The notes beneath the pieces are model-generated. The model did not search any database. It saw only the letters and a list, made by a program, of their open reading frames with translations, and had not been told where the DNA came from. The position numbers and the translations under genes are program-made. From Hemiscyllium ocellatum (Eukaryota), in contig NC_083409.1 in assembly GCF_020745735.1 (NCBI RefSeq), positions 18,930,341 to 18,994,340 of the forward strand: a stretch of 64,000 nt of DNA, read 5' to 3'. This document shows positions 63,801 to 64,000 of the stretch, one piece after another; position 1 is the first letter of the stretch; every line of letters starts with the position of its first letter.

Positions 63801-64000
63801 CAGGATTCTGTCTTCCTTGGTGTTCCTCCCTGATATTACCTCCTGGTTCACTCAGACCTGCCAAATTGGTTTAATCCCTCCCCAACAGCACAAGCAAGTC
63901 ACACCTCAAGAAGCTCAATTCCTGCTCTGTTCAGGAGCAACCCATCCAGTCTATAGAGGTCGCATCTCCCCTGGAATCATTCCCAATGTCCAATATCTCA

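Larger units (their letters stand above)
42588..64000 (+). repeat. Near-identical direct copy of 11225-32643 (offset about 31,357-31,363), running off the window end
   Basis: Collinear throughout; same ORFs, TEs, V and J; only scattered substitutions plus indels clustered in 42588-45400. Confidence 0.97.

Overview
Shark (elasmobranch) genomic DNA carrying a kappa-type immunoglobulin light-chain minicluster in the split, unrearranged germline state. It has a leader exon (27893-27941), one V with a perfect 12-RSS (28110-28439), one J with a perfect 23-RSS (28974-29047) and, about 9.9 kb downstream, one C exon (38910-39237) that as assembled carries a 1-nt frameshift in a C-run. Most of the remaining sequence is decayed CR1 and other LINEs, Penelope-like elements with hammerhead-ribozyme motifs, HE1-type SINEs, Gypsy fragments and simple repeats. 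Everything after a 13-N gap (42588-64000) is a near-identical second copy of 11225-32643, including L, V, J and even an internal N-gap; this most likely reflects an unresolved contig overlap rather than a real second cluster. An older, about 80% identical paralog of the V upstream flank sits at about 1850-9130 without a V gene. It shares with the functional flank a 154-bp non-repeat element that is about 95% conserved and carries Ets-IRF composite, RUNX and kB-like sites. Transposon boundaries are approximate (tens of bp); Ig segment, RSS, gap and motif coordinates were counted directly from the sequence.
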